A DNA stretch of 64,000 nt from positions 1,664,001 to 1,728,000 of the forward strand of contig CAWGHO010000003.1 in the NCBI GenBank assembly GCA_963822445.1. Direction: 5' to 3'. This DNA comes from an uncultured Acidobacteriota bacterium (lineage in GTDB: Bacteria > Acidobacteriota > Thermoanaerobaculia > Gp7-AA8). The number at the start of each line of letters is the position of its first letter. Position 1 is the first letter of the stretch. The notes beneath the pieces were generated by a model, which searched no databases, was not told the DNA's origin, and worked only from the letters and a program-made list of their open reading frames with translations. Positions 1 through 9,758 of the stretch are shown here, piece after piece. A program made the translations under genes and the position numbers.

Positions 1-81
1 AACATCGCACGTCGCACCGTGGCGAAGTACCGCGACGAGCTGAACATCCCTTCATCCACGGACCGCAAACAGGTCTTTTAG
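1..81 (+). CDS. rpoN: RNA polymerase sigma-54 factor, 3' end (partial)
   Basis: Frame 1 reads NIARRTVAKYRDELNIPSSTDRKQVF*, containing the RpoN box ARRTVAKYR; followed by hpf. Confidence 0.95.
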   Translation, partial: NIARRTVAKYRDELNIPSSTDRKQVF

Positions 82-96
82 TTTCGAGGTACGACA

Positions 97-657
97 ATGG
101 CGACTGAGATTTCAGGACGGAACTACGAGATTCCCCCCGACGTACGCGAACTGGTCGAGAAGAAGCTGGCCAAGATCACGGAGAAGCTGTTCGACGACGT
201 GATCGACGTGCGCGTCGTGCTGCAGGTCGAGAAGTACCGCAACATCTGCGAGATCCTCATCGTCGGCAAAGAGCACGACGTGAAGTCGGTCCAGGAGTCG
301 GACGAGTCGATGCAGGACGCCGTCAATTCCGCCCTCGACCACCTCAAGCGGCAGGCCCAGAAGAACCGCAAGAAGATTCGCGATCACCACCGCGGCAACA
401 AGGGCAAGAGCGTCGTCACCGAGTGGAACATCAACGTCCTCGAGCCCACCCAGCTGCGCACCACCGGCAACAACAGCCCGCGGATCGTGAAGACGAACAA
501 CATCGCCATCCGGCCGATGTCGATCGAGGAAGCCGCGCTGCGGCTCGATGACTCCAAGAACGAGTTCATCGTCTTCCGCGACATCGACACCGACAAGGTC
601 TCGGTCATCTACAAACGCCGCGACAGCAACCTGGGGCTGATCTCACCGGAGTTCTGA
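97..657 (+). CDS. hpf: Ribosome hibernation promoting factor (long HPF)
   Basis: N-terminal ISGRNYEI..VEKKLAK; C-terminal PMSIEEAALRL..FIVFRD..VSVIYKRRD; downstream of rpoN. Confidence 0.93.
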   Translation: MATEISGRNYEIPPDVRELVEKKLAKITEKLFDDVIDVRVVLQVEKYRNICEILIVGKEHDVKSVQESDESMQDAVNSALDHLKRQAQKNRKKIRDHHRGNKGKSVVTEWNINVLEPTQLRTTGNNSPRIVKTNNIAIRPMSIEEAALRLDDSKNEFIVFRDIDTDKVSVIYKRRDSNLGLISPEF

Positions 658-662
658 GGCGC

Positions 663-1253
663 ATGGGCCGGCTTCCGCTCGCCTTCCTCCTCCTGGCGGC
701 CTGCACCTTTTCGGTCTCCGCGCAGACGTTCTCGAAATACAGAGGATGGGGTGAGACGCCCGAGGCCTATTTCATGACGGCGGCTGAGCGCGAGCAGTGG
801 CGCGGGATCGTCAACGACGAGAAGGCGGAGCCGTTCGTCAACGACTTCCGCGCAAAGCGTGGCGGCGAGGACTTCGTCCACGAGGTCAGGAAGCGGATCG
901 AGAACGCAGACAAGCACCTCTCGATCGGCAGGATCAAAGGGTCGAAAACCCTCGGTGGGAAAGCGGTGGTCCTCTTCGGCGCACCGATCAAGCTCGCGGT
1001 CAAGAATCGTGTAGAGAAGCGCCCTTACCCGACCCCCAAGATGACGGCGGTTCATCTTCCGCCACTCCGGCTCCGCGACTTCACCTTTACCTTCTCCGGA
1101 AGAGACACGCCGGCGTTGAACGGCGAGGATTTCGTGGTGGTCATCGAAGCAGACCTGGGAACCGGCATGACCAGAACCGGCAAAGGCATGAGCCAGAAGG
1201 ACCTCGACGCGCTGTTCGAGGCTGCGGCCGCGGCCTCGATTACAAAACGGTAG
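663..1253 (+). CDS. Secreted GWxTD-domain-like protein, paralog 1
   Basis: Signal peptide; KY..W..TPEAYFMT..EREQW and R..NADK..GSKTLGGKAVVLFGAP resemble the GWxTD domain with a degenerate motif. Confidence 0.6.
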   Translation: MGRLPLAFLLLAACTFSVSAQTFSKYRGWGETPEAYFMTAAEREQWRGIVNDEKAEPFVNDFRAKRGGEDFVHEVRKRIENADKHLSIGRIKGSKTLGGKAVVLFGAPIKLAVKNRVEKRPYPTPKMTAVHLPPLRLRDFTFTFSGRDTPALNGEDFVVVIEADLGTGMTRTGKGMSQKDLDALFEAAAAASITKR

Positions 1254-1322
1254 CGGCAAGATGATCCGGCGAGCGGTTCAGGTTATCCTGACCGTTCCAG
1301 ATCGACCATCCAGGAGAGCTCC

Positions 1323-1982
1323 GTGTACCGTTCCTTTGCGATTGCCGTCATGCTGCTGCTGTGCGTTGTCTCCGCCTCCGCGGAGACGCTCACCAAATAC
1401 AAGGATTGGGCTGATTCGCCCGAGGCTTACTTCATGACCGGCGTCGAGCGGGAGCAGTGGCGCGCCGTCGCCGACGACACGGCCGCGGAGACTTTCGTCA
1501 ACGAATTTCGCGCCCGCCGCGGTGGCGATGCCTTCGTGAAAGAAGTGACGACGCGCATCGAGAACGCCGACAAGTACCTCTCCATCGGAAAGGTCAAAGG
1601 CTCGGCCACGCTTCGCGGGAAGGCCGTGATTCTGTTCGGCGCGCCTGCCAACATCGGCGTGAACGACCGAGTGGTCAAAGGCGGCTACACCCCTGGTGCT
1701 TCCTCCGCGGCCGTCACCGACCTCGGCGTCGGTGCCAGCACCCGCGACGCCGAAGGCAACAAGCAGCAGATGGGCACCGGCCAGCCCGGCCGGAGCTTCC
1801 GCGACTTCACCTTCACCTTTCCCGCGAAGAACACGCCGGCATTCAACGGCAAGGACTACGTCGTCGTCATCGAAGCCGACACCGCGACCGGCAAGGACCG
1901 GGCCGGTAAAGGCGTGAAGCAGAAAGATCTCGACGACATGTTCGAAGCCGCGGCCGAGGCGTCGATCAAGAACAAGTCATAA
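1323..1982 (+). CDS. Secreted GWxTD-domain-like protein, paralog 2
   Basis: Signal peptide; SD AGGAG; clear tandem paralog of 663..1253. Confidence 0.65.
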   Translation: MYRSFAIAVMLLLCVVSASAETLTKYKDWADSPEAYFMTGVEREQWRAVADDTAAETFVNEFRARRGGDAFVKEVTTRIENADKYLSIGKVKGSATLRGKAVILFGAPANIGVNDRVVKGGYTPGASSAAVTDLGVGASTRDAEGNKQQMGTGQPGRSFRDFTFTFPAKNTPAFNGKDYVVVIEADTATGKDRAGKGVKQKDLDDMFEAAAEASIKNKS

Positions 1983-1989
1983 TGCCCTC

Positions 1990-3060
1990 GTGCGCGACGA
2001 GGACTACATCGAGACCACCGTCGAGTCCCTTCGCTCGGGTGAGCTCGATGATCTGCAGCTGAAGCTCGTCACCGGCGACGACGGCATGGGCCGGGTGATC
2101 GCCAGGCCGCGCGTGCAGAAGCCCGGCCTGGCCTTCGCCGGCTACTACGAATACATCAAGCCCTGGCGCGTGCAGATCATCGGCGCGTCGGAGACCAAAT
2201 ACCTGCAGAGCCTTCCGCCGCGCCTGCGGGAGAAGCGCATCCGCGACGTGGCCGGTCTCGACGTTTCCACGTTCATCGTCACCAAAGGGATCACGCCGCT
2301 CGACGAGTTCCGCACCGAATGCGAGAAGCGCTCGGTGCCGCTGTTTTCGACGCCGGCGATGTCCTCGACCACCATCACCCGGACCACGTACTTCCTAGAA
2401 GAGACGATGGCGCCGCGGCTGACCATGCACTCGGGACTGCTCGACGTCTACGGCATCGGCGTGCTGCTCCTCGGCGACAGCGGCATCGGCAAGAGCGAGT
2501 GCGCGCTGGACCTCGTGTCGAACGGACATCGCCTCATCGCCGACGACCTGGTCGTCATCAAACGCCATCCGAACGACGTCCTCCTCGGATATTCGAACGA
2601 TCTCCTGCGCCATCACATGGAGCTGCGCGGCATCGGCATCATCGACATCAAGGATCTCTTCGGCGTCGCCTCGACGCGCGACGTGAAACCGATCGACCTC
2701 GTGGTGCGCCTGGAAAAGTGGGCGGAAGGGGCGGAGTACGACCGGCTCGGCGTGAGCGGCGAGACTTACGAGCTCCTCGGCGTCGCCAAACCGTACGTGC
2801 GGCTGCCCGTCGCGTCGGGCCGCAACCTTGCTCTGCTCGTGGAGATTGCGGCGCGGAACCATCTGATGAAGCTCCAGGGCTACGACTCGGCGCGTGAATT
2901 CACGCGGCGCATCGACGAGCAGATCGCGCGACAGGGGACGATCTCCGATGCCCTTCCGGCGACGAATCGCGAGGAGATGACCAGCTCGGAGATGCGGAGC
3001 GTGAACTCGCGCAACCGTTTCGCGCCCGATGTCATCGATCGGACCCGGAGGCAGCGCTAG
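1990..3060 (+). CDS. hprK: HPr(Ser) kinase/phosphorylase
   Basis: Walker A GDSGIGKSE; HRLIADD; MELRGIGIID signature; GRNLA. Confidence 0.96.
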   Translation: MRDEDYIETTVESLRSGELDDLQLKLVTGDDGMGRVIARPRVQKPGLAFAGYYEYIKPWRVQIIGASETKYLQSLPPRLREKRIRDVAGLDVSTFIVTKGITPLDEFRTECEKRSVPLFSTPAMSSTTITRTTYFLEETMAPRLTMHSGLLDVYGIGVLLLGDSGIGKSECALDLVSNGHRLIADDLVVIKRHPNDVLLGYSNDLLRHHMELRGIGIIDIKDLFGVASTRDVKPIDLVVRLEKWAEGAEYDRLGVSGETYELLGVAKPYVRLPVASGRNLALLVEIAARNHLMKLQGYDSAREFTRRIDEQIARQGTISDALPATNREEMTSSEMRSVNSRNRFAPDVIDRTRRQR

Positions 3061-3061
3061 C

Positions 3062-3931
3062 TTGAACGCGTTGCCCGACCACCTGGTCGTCATCACCGGT
3101 CTGTCCGGCTCCGGCAAGAGCTACGTGCAGTCGACACTCGAAGACCTCGGCTTCTACTGCACCGACAACCTGCCCATCGAGCTGATCGAGCCGTATCTCG
3201 ACGAGGTCGTGACTCATGAGAAAGCCACGCGCGTCGGCATCGTCGTCGACGTCCGCACGCATGACTTCGCGACCATCTTCCCGTCGTTCTACCGCGAGCG
3301 GCTGAAGAAGCGCGTCCCGAACGCGCACCTGATCTTTCTCGAGGCCTCGGAGGAAGTGCTCGCGCGACGGTATTCAGAAACGCGCCGCCCGCATCCGCTC
3401 GCCAAAGATCGCCCCGTGCTCGAAGCGATTCACGAAGAGCGCGAAGCCCTGACGGAAGTGAAGTCGCTGGCGGACATGGTCCTGGACACGTCCGCGTTTT
3501 CGGTCCACGAGCTCAAGGCCGAGGTCATGCGGCGTTTTTCGTTGCCGGGCGAGCAGCCGACCATGCTCGTCACGGTGATCTCCTTCGGCTTCAAGCACAG
3601 CATGCCGTACAACCTCGACCTGCTCTTCGACGTGCGATTCCTGCCGAATCCTCACTTTGTCGCGGAGCTGCGGCCGAAGACGGGGCTCGATCCGGAAGTG
3701 CTCGAGTACCTCGCCGCGCAGCCTGACTACGAGGAGTTCTACAAACGGCTGTACGACTTCGTGGCCTACGTGCTGCCCGGCTATCAGAAAGAGATGAAGA
3801 GCTATCTGACCATCGGGATCGGCTGCACGGGCGGGAAGCACCGGAGCGTGGCCATTGCCCAGCGGCTCGCGGACGATCTCGACCGCGCGGGGTACGCGAT
3901 CGAGATCGTGCATCGGGATTTCAAGAGGTAG
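3062..3931 (+). CDS. rapZ: RNase adapter RapZ (start codon uncertain)
   Basis: ITGLSGSGKS, DNLP, RRYSETRRPHPL, SFGFKH, DVRFLPNP, GCTGGKHRSV. Confidence 0.95.
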   Translation: MNALPDHLVVITGLSGSGKSYVQSTLEDLGFYCTDNLPIELIEPYLDEVVTHEKATRVGIVVDVRTHDFATIFPSFYRERLKKRVPNAHLIFLEASEEVLARRYSETRRPHPLAKDRPVLEAIHEEREALTEVKSLADMVLDTSAFSVHELKAEVMRRFSLPGEQPTMLVTVISFGFKHSMPYNLDLLFDVRFLPNPHFVAELRPKTGLDPEVLEYLAAQPDYEEFYKRLYDFVAYVLPGYQKEMKSYLTIGIGCTGGKHRSVAIAQRLADDLDRAGYAIEIVHRDFKR

Positions 3932-3947
3932 GTGTTTCTCTCTCTCC

Positions 3948-4098
3948 AGTTTATCCCCGCGCGAAGACGCGGGGATCTCCGGTTACACCGCGGCAGCCGA
4001 AGCCCATCAACGATGATCGTAGCCCCGCCTGCCTGACCGCTTGCGAGATTTCCGTTCGTGCACGGAGAGATCCCCGCGTCTTCGCGCGGGGATAGACT
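3948..4098. repeat. REP/MITE-like palindromic element
   Basis: 28-bp perfect inverted repeat 3952-3979 / 4067-4094; each arm is itself a hairpin; lies between convergent rapZ and hsp20. Confidence 0.85.
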
Positions 4099-4535
4099 CA
4101 AGAAACCGCAATCTTGATGTGCTTCGGCTTCGCCTCTTCGCGCTTCGGCACCTCGACCTCGAGAATCCCCTCGCGGTAACTGGCCGAGATCCTCTCCGGA
4201 TCGACAGAGCGGGGCAGGGTGAACGAGCGGCTGAAGTTTCCGTAGATCCGTTCCACGCGATGCCAGGTCACCCCTTCCGACTTCTCGAGCTTCCGCTCAC
4301 CGCGCAGGGTCAAAAGGCCGTTCTCGAACTCGATGGAGATGTCCTCCTGCCGGATCCCCGGCACCTCGGCGCGGACCAGGATCCTGTCCTGCGTCTCGGC
4401 GACATCGACCGGCGGCACCCACGTGCCGCTCACCAGATCCTCGTCACCGGTGGCGAACCGGGCGAAGGGCTCGAACAGCCGGTTGAGTTGCGCCTGGAGA
4501 TTCTTCACGTCGCGATCATTCGTGTAGTGGGTCAT
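4098..4535 (-). CDS. Small heat shock protein (Hsp20/alpha-crystallin)
   Basis: WVPPVDVAET, AEVPG, LTLRGERK, ER.YGNFSRSFTLP, GILEV.VPK, C-terminal IxI; SD AAGGAG before ATG 4535. Confidence 0.95.
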   Translation of the reverse strand: MTHYTNDRDVKNLQAQLNRLFEPFARFATGDEDLVSGTWVPPVDVAETQDRILVRAEVPGIRQEDISIEFENGLLTLRGERKLEKSEGVTWHRVERIYGNFSRSFTLPRSVDPERISASYREGILEVEVPKREEAKPKHIKIAVS

Positions 4536-4544
4536 GGGCTTGCT

Positions 4545-4565
4545 CCTTAGTGGATAAGACTCAAG
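4545..4565 (-). promoter_or_regulatory. HAIR-like (HspR) operator overlapping the hsp20 RBS
   Basis: Minus strand CTTGAGT-N7-ACTAAGG versus HAIR consensus CTTGAGT-N7-ACTCAAG; upstream TTGACA and TGcTAGAAT promoter elements. Confidence 0.6.
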
Positions 4566-4681
4566 TTTCAATCTCATGACGGCGATTCTAGCAGAAATAG
4601 ATGAGTGTCAAGCAATCACATCATGTGCGACCGGAGGGGATGGACGGATCGGGTATCATGCCCTGTCCTTGGGGAGGTAGC

Positions 4682-5101
4682 TTGATCGGGGCCTTAATCG
4701 TTACTCATGGAAACCTGGCGCACGAGCTATTGAACGCCGCCCGCCAGATAGAAGCCGATGTATCCGCAATCGAAGCCGTTCCTCTCGAATGGAGCGACAC
4801 CGTCGAAGACGCCCGGGCCAAGATCGCCGCGGCCTTCGAGCGCATCGGGCCCGAGCGGGGAGTGATCATCTTCACCGACATGTTCGGCGGCACCCCCAGC
4901 AACATCAGCCTCTCGTTTCTCGAGCCCGGCCGGGTCGAGATCGTGACCGGCGTGAACCTGCCCATGGTCGTCAAGTTCGCCATGGTCAAGGAAGAGGCGA
5001 AGGACGTCTCCACGCTCGCTCACCTGATCAGCGAGAAGGGCTCGAAAGCCATCCGCGTCGCCTCGGATCTGCTCACCGCTGAAAAACGGGCTACTGCTTG
5101 A
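4682..5101 (+). CDS. PTS EIIA component, mannose/fructose family
   Basis: LIVTHG (phospho-His), TDMFGGTPSN, TGVNLPM; SD GGAGG before TTG 4682. Confidence 0.92.
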   Translation: MIGALIVTHGNLAHELLNAARQIEADVSAIEAVPLEWSDTVEDARAKIAAAFERIGPERGVIIFTDMFGGTPSNISLSFLEPGRVEIVTGVNLPMVVKFAMVKEEAKDVSTLAHLISEKGSKAIRVASDLLTAEKRATA

Positions 5102-5370
5102 TGACCGAGCGCGACGTCGAGATCAAGAACAAGCTGGGGCTTCACGCGCGCGCGGCGGCGAAACTGGTCCATGTCGCGGCGAAGTTCAAATGCGACATCA
5201 AGATTCGCAAGGGCGACGAAGAAGTCGACGGCAAATCGATCCTGGGCATCCTTCTTCTCGCCGCCGGCCGCGGCTCGACCATCAAGCTGCGCGCTGATGG
5301 TCCCGACGAGCGCGAGGCCCTCGATGCGATCGAGAACCTCATCGACGCGAAATTCGACGAAGTAGAATGA
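5101..5370 (+). CDS. ptsH: Phosphocarrier protein HPr
   Basis: NKLGLHARAAAK (His15), DGKSILG (Ser46). Confidence 0.96.
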   Translation: MTERDVEIKNKLGLHARAAAKLVHVAAKFKCDIKIRKGDEEVDGKSILGILLLAAGRGSTIKLRADGPDEREALDAIENLIDAKFDEVE

Positions 5371-5374
5371 CCTG

Positions 5375-7159
5375 ATGCCTGCTGCCCAGACGCGTTCCGA
5401 TATCCGGACTTACAAGGGAATCGGTGTGTCGCCCGGCATCGCCATCGGCCGCGCGGTGATCGTCGAAAAGCGCGTCGCCACGGTCTACCGCATCCCCATC
5501 CGCGACGAGGAAGTCCCCTCGGAGATCACCCGGTTCCACGAATCGCTCGAGAAAACGCGCGATGAGCTCCTCGAGCTGAAGCACAAAGTCAGCCGCTCGA
5601 TGGGCGACGAGTACGCCTCCATCTTCGAGGCCCACGCCATGATCGTCAGCGACGCCTCGTTCGCCGACAAGGTCGTGCAGAAGATCGAAAACGAGCAGGT
5701 CAATGCGGAGTGGGCGCTGGCCGAGGTTCAGGAAGAGCTGCAGGCGCGCTTCGAGAGCTTCGACGATGAGTACCTGCGCGAGCGCACCGCCGACGTGAAA
5801 GACGTCGCCGAACGCGTCCTCGTCAACCTGCAGGGCGTCGCCCATCACGAGATCTCCGAGATCGAGCACGACGTGATCATCCTCGCGGACGACCTCACGC
5901 CCTCCGACACGATTCACTTCAACCGCAGGCCGATCGTCGGCTTCGCGACCGAGGCCGGTGGACGGACGTCGCATACGTCGATCATTGCCAAGTCGCTGTT
6001 CATGCCGGCGATCATCGGCGTCCCGCGCCTCACCAAGATCGTCGACAACGACGAGCTGGTCATCGTCGACGGCTACGAAGGCGCGCTGATCGTCAACCCG
6101 ACGCCGGCGATGATCGCCGAGTACCTCAGCCGCGTTTCCCGTCACGAGGAAGCCGAGCAGAAACTGCTCGAGAATCGCAGCCTGCCGGCGGTTACGAAAG
6201 ATCACCACCAGATCGAGCTGCTGGCGAACATCGAGCTCGTCGAAGAGCTGCAGGACGCGGTGAAGTTCGGATCCGAGGGGATCGGGCTGTATCGCTCGGA
6301 GTTCCTGTACATCTCCAAGAGCCCCGATCTCCCGAACGAGGAAGAGCACTTCGAGATTTACAAGACGCTGATCGAGGCCACGAATCCCAACCGCTGCGTC
6401 ATTCGCACCTTCGACCTCGGCGGCAAGAAACTCGCCCGGGCCATCACCGGCTCGAAAGAAGACAACCCTGTCCTTGGCCTCCGCGCGCTGCGCCTGTGCA
6501 TGCAGCATCGGGACATGTTCCGCACCCAGCTTCGCGCGCTGCTGCGCGCGTCGGTTTACGGCAATCTCCAGATCATGTTCCCGCTCGTTTCCGGCGTGCA
6601 GGAGCTGCGGCAGGTGAAGACGCTCATCCGCGAGATCCGACTCGAGCTCGATGCCGAGGGCGTTGCGCACAACCCGGACATGAAGATCGGAATCATGATC
6701 GAGGTGCCGTCCGCGGCAGTGATCGCGGACCTGCTCGCGACCGAGTCCGACTTCTTCGCCATCGGCACGAACGACCTCATTCAGTACTCACTGGCCATCG
6801 ACCGCGGCAACGAGAACGTCAGTTACCTGTACGAGCCGCTACATCCAGCGATTCTGAGGCTCGTAAAAGGCGTGATCGACGCCGGCAAACGCGCAGGGAT
6901 CCCCGTGGAAATGTGCGGCGAGATGGCTTCCGATCCGATCTACGCGATCGTGCTACTCGGCCTCGGACTCGAGCAGTTCTCCATGAACCCCTCGTCGATT
7001 CCGATCATCAAGAACGTCGTCCGCTCCGTCCGTTACAAAGACTGCCGCCGTATCGCCGAAGCGGCGCTGCAGAAGAAGACCGCTCAGGAGATCGAGGAGT
7101 TCATCATCGAGAGCGTGGCCATGCGCTTTCCCGAGGGGCTCGTCAGCCAGAACATATGA
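5375..7159 (+). CDS. ptsI: PEP-protein phosphotransferase (Enzyme I)
   Basis: GGRTSHTSI, GIGLYRSEF, RTFDLGGKK, NPVLGLRA, IGTNDLIQY, CGEMA. Confidence 0.97.
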   Translation: MPAAQTRSDIRTYKGIGVSPGIAIGRAVIVEKRVATVYRIPIRDEEVPSEITRFHESLEKTRDELLELKHKVSRSMGDEYASIFEAHAMIVSDASFADKVVQKIENEQVNAEWALAEVQEELQARFESFDDEYLRERTADVKDVAERVLVNLQGVAHHEISEIEHDVIILADDLTPSDTIHFNRRPIVGFATEAGGRTSHTSIIAKSLFMPAIIGVPRLTKIVDNDELVIVDGYEGALIVNPTPAMIAEYLSRVSRHEEAEQKLLENRSLPAVTKDHHQIELLANIELVEELQDAVKFGSEGIGLYRSEFLYISKSPDLPNEEEHFEIYKTLIEATNPNRCVIRTFDLGGKKLARAITGSKEDNPVLGLRALRLCMQHRDMFRTQLRALLRASVYGNLQIMFPLVSGVQELRQVKTLIREIRLELDAEGVAHNPDMKIGIMIEVPSAAVIADLLATESDFFAIGTNDLIQYSLAIDRGNENVSYLYEPLHPAILRLVKGVIDAGKRAGIPVEMCGEMASDPIYAIVLLGLGLEQFSMNPSSIPIIKNVVRSVRYKDCRRIAEAALQKKTAQEIEEFIIESVAMRFPEGLVSQNI

Positions 7160-7521
7160 CCGATTTGTTTACTCATCGTGAAATCAGGCGGGTCTCGAAG
7201 CCCTGGGGATACGAGCTGATCTTCGCGCACACCGACCGTTACGTCGGGAAGATCCTGCACATCAACGAAGGCGAGTCGCTGAGCCTGCAGTACCACGAAA
7301 TGAAAGAAGAGACGCTGTACGTTGTCGAAGGCGAACTGAAGCTGACGATCGAGCACGACGGCGATCGCCGCGAGCTCACCCTGAAAAAAGGCGAGGCCTT
7401 TCACATCCCGCCGCGGTTGATTCACCGGATGGAAGCGATCGCCGATACGGATGTCGCGGAGGTGTCGACGACCGAGCTCGACGACGTCGTCCGCCTCGAA
7501 GACAGATACGGCCGCACATGA
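7156..7521 (+). CDS. Cupin-domain protein (mannose-6-phosphate isomerase-like)
   Basis: KPWGYE, LSLQYH..KEETLYV, HIPP..IHRM, EVST..LDDVVRLEDRYGR; ATGA overlap with ptsI stop. Confidence 0.85.
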   Translation: MTDLFTHREIRRVSKPWGYELIFAHTDRYVGKILHINEGESLSLQYHEMKEETLYVVEGELKLTIEHDGDRRELTLKKGEAFHIPPRLIHRMEAIADTDVAEVSTTELDDVVRLEDRYGRT

Positions 7522-7973
7522 ACATTCCGGTCATCGCGCTGTTGGTCCTCGCGCTCGCGCAGAGCGATACGACGGCGCTCGTCGAGGCGGCGAAAGACGC
7601 CAAGGCCAAACGCAAGACGACGGGCACGCGCAAAGTCATCACCAACGCCGATCTCGCCAAGTCGAAGGGCAAGGTCATCCAGCGCAAGCCGGAAGACCTC
7701 GCGCCGCTGCCGCCCGTCGAGTCGCTCGTCGAAAAATACGAGGCCGAGCGGAAGGCCAAAGCGATCCTCGACGAGAAGCTGCTCGCGCTCGATGCGACGA
7801 TCGCAGGTCTCGAGAACGAGCTCGCGTCCATCGAGCAGCGCTACTACGAGGCGAGCGACTTCGAATTCCGCGACACCCACCTCGTAGCGAAGTTCAACGA
7901 GGCGAAGGTGAAGCTGGATAAGGCACGCACGGAGCGCGACGCGTTGGTTCCAAAACCAAAAGCGGATGAGTAA
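7518..7973 (+). CDS. Hypothetical exported coiled-coil protein
   Basis: Signal peptide, KVITNADL motif, helical C-terminus; overlaps both neighbours. Confidence 0.7.
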   Translation: MNIPVIALLVLALAQSDTTALVEAAKDAKAKRKTTGTRKVITNADLAKSKGKVIQRKPEDLAPLPPVESLVEKYEAERKAKAILDEKLLALDATIAGLENELASIEQRYYEASDFEFRDTHLVAKFNEAKVKLDKARTERDALVPKPKADE

Positions 7974-9264
7974 GACCTTCTACATCGAAACCTGGGGCTG
8001 CCAGATGAACGAGCTCGACACGCAGCGCCTGTCGGGCAATCTGAAGCTGCGCGGGTATCGGCGCGTGGAGAGCGACACCCAGGCGGATCTCGTCCTCCTG
8101 AACACCTGCTCGATCCGCGACAAGTCCGAGCAGAAGGTCTACTCCCACCTCGGCCGCCTGCGCGAGCTCAAGAAAGTACGCGACATCAAGATCGGCGTGT
8201 GCGGTTGCGTCGCGCAGCAGGAAGGGCAGCAGATTCTCGACCGCGCGCCGTGGGTCGACTTCGTTATGGGTCCGGGCAACGTCGGCCATCTCGATGACGT
8301 CCTCGAGAACGGCAAACGCCTCGCGCTCGAGTTCCATGAAGACCGCAACTACGACTACGTCAACATCGATCGCACGTCCGCGACGAAGGCCTGGATCACG
8401 ATCATCGAGGGCTGCAACAAGAACTGCACCTTCTGCATCGTGCCGACCACGCGCGGCCGCGAGGTTTCCCGGCCGTTCGACGACGTCGTCGCGGAGGCTC
8501 GCGCGGCCGTGGCGAGCGGTCGCGTGGAGATCGAGCTCCTCGGACAAACGGTGAACGCGTATCTCTGTCCTGTCACCGGTAAGGACTTCGGCGCGTTGCT
8601 GCGCGCGATCGCGGAGATCGAAAGCGTCGTTCGTTTGCGGTTCATGACTTCGCATCCGGCCGAAGTCAGCGATTCGATGATCGAGGCCATGCGCGACCAC
8701 GCGAACATCTCGCGCTTCCTCCACCTGCCGGTGCAGTCGGGCTCCTCGCGAATCCTGAGGCGCATGAAGCGGCTGTACACGCGCGAGAAGTACATCGAGA
8801 CCATCGCCCGCATCCGCGCGGCCGTTCCGGACATCCACTTCTCGACCGACATCATCGTCGGCTTCCCGGGGGAGACCGAGGAGGACTTTCGGGAGACGCT
8901 GAGCCTGATTGAGGAAGTGCGGTACGGATCGCTGTTCGCCTTCAAGTACTCGCCGCGACCGGGGACGCCGGCGCTGAAGATCGGCGAAGCAGTCGATGAT
9001 GCCGTCGCGTCGGAGCGTCTGCAGCGCCTGTTCGACCTCCACGAGCGCCACAAACGCGAGCGGCTGGAGTCCTATCGCGGCAGGGTCATGTCGATTCTCG
9101 TGGAAGGGCCGAGCAAGCACGATCCGGTGATGCTGGCCGGCCGGACGGACGATTACTGGGTCGTGAATTTCACCGGCGATCCGGCGACGCCCGTCGGGAG
9201 TATTCTTGACGTCCGCATCGAGTCGGCAGGGCACCACACGCTCCGCGGGGAGGCCGTCGCATGA
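7966..9264 (+). CDS. miaB: tRNA-2-methylthio-N6-dimethylallyladenosine synthase
   Basis: TWGCQMN, NTCSIRDK, radical SAM CNKNCTFC, LPVQSGS, TDIIVGFPGET, C-terminal TRAM domain. Confidence 0.96.
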   Translation: MSKTFYIETWGCQMNELDTQRLSGNLKLRGYRRVESDTQADLVLLNTCSIRDKSEQKVYSHLGRLRELKKVRDIKIGVCGCVAQQEGQQILDRAPWVDFVMGPGNVGHLDDVLENGKRLALEFHEDRNYDYVNIDRTSATKAWITIIEGCNKNCTFCIVPTTRGREVSRPFDDVVAEARAAVASGRVEIELLGQTVNAYLCPVTGKDFGALLRAIAEIESVVRLRFMTSHPAEVSDSMIEAMRDHANISRFLHLPVQSGSSRILRRMKRLYTREKYIETIARIRAAVPDIHFSTDIIVGFPGETEEDFRETLSLIEEVRYGSLFAFKYSPRPGTPALKIGEAVDDAVASERLQRLFDLHERHKRERLESYRGRVMSILVEGPSKHDPVMLAGRTDDYWVVNFTGDPATPVGSILDVRIESAGHHTLRGEAVA

Positions 9265-9758
9265 GCAGCTTGTCACCACTGGTTCCGATGTCCATCAAGG
9301 GTCTGATGCTCGACCCGGTCTCGAATTCTCCGATCGTGGTGCTCAAGGACGACGACGAGAAGTTCTTCCTGCCGATCTGGGTCGGCATCTTCGAAGCCAA
9401 CGCCATCGCCTTGCAGCTCGAGAACGTCACTACGCCGCGGCCGATGACCCACGACCTCCTGCGCAACATGATCTCCGAGCTCGACGGGCACGTGACCCGC
9501 GTGGTGATCAACGACCTCCGCGACTCCACCTTCTTCGCCCAGATCCGGCTGAATGTCGGCGCGAAGACCCTCGAAGTCGACGCCCGCCCCAGCGACGCCA
9601 TCGCCCTCGCCCTTCGCACCGAAGCGCCGATTTACGTGGCGCAGTCCGTCCTCGATCAGGCCCAGACCATCACTCCCGAAGGCGAGGACCAGGACGAGAA
9701 GATGAAGAAGTGGTTCGAGAACCTCGGACCCGACGATCTGGGCAAGTACAAGATGTGA
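9261..9758 (+). CDS. Bifunctional nuclease family protein (DUF151)
   Basis: LPIWVG.FEA.AIA, RPMTHDLL, DARPSDAIALALR. Confidence 0.92.
   Translation: MSSLSPLVPMSIKGLMLDPVSNSPIVVLKDDDEKFFLPIWVGIFEANAIALQLENVTTPRPMTHDLLRNMISELDGHVTRVVINDLRDSTFFAQIRLNVGAKTLEVDARPSDAIALALRTEAPIYVAQSVLDQAQTITPEGEDQDEKMKKWFENLGPDDLGKYKM

Noticed and set aside
5339-6670. Long antisense and alternate-frame ORFs (e.g. 5339-6670, 7894-9279, 13836-15434, 22021-23856, 27550-29109)
   Set aside because: They are shadows of well-supported genes in high-GC sequence with no motifs. Only the last 20 codons of 13836-15434 are kept, as the leader peptide.
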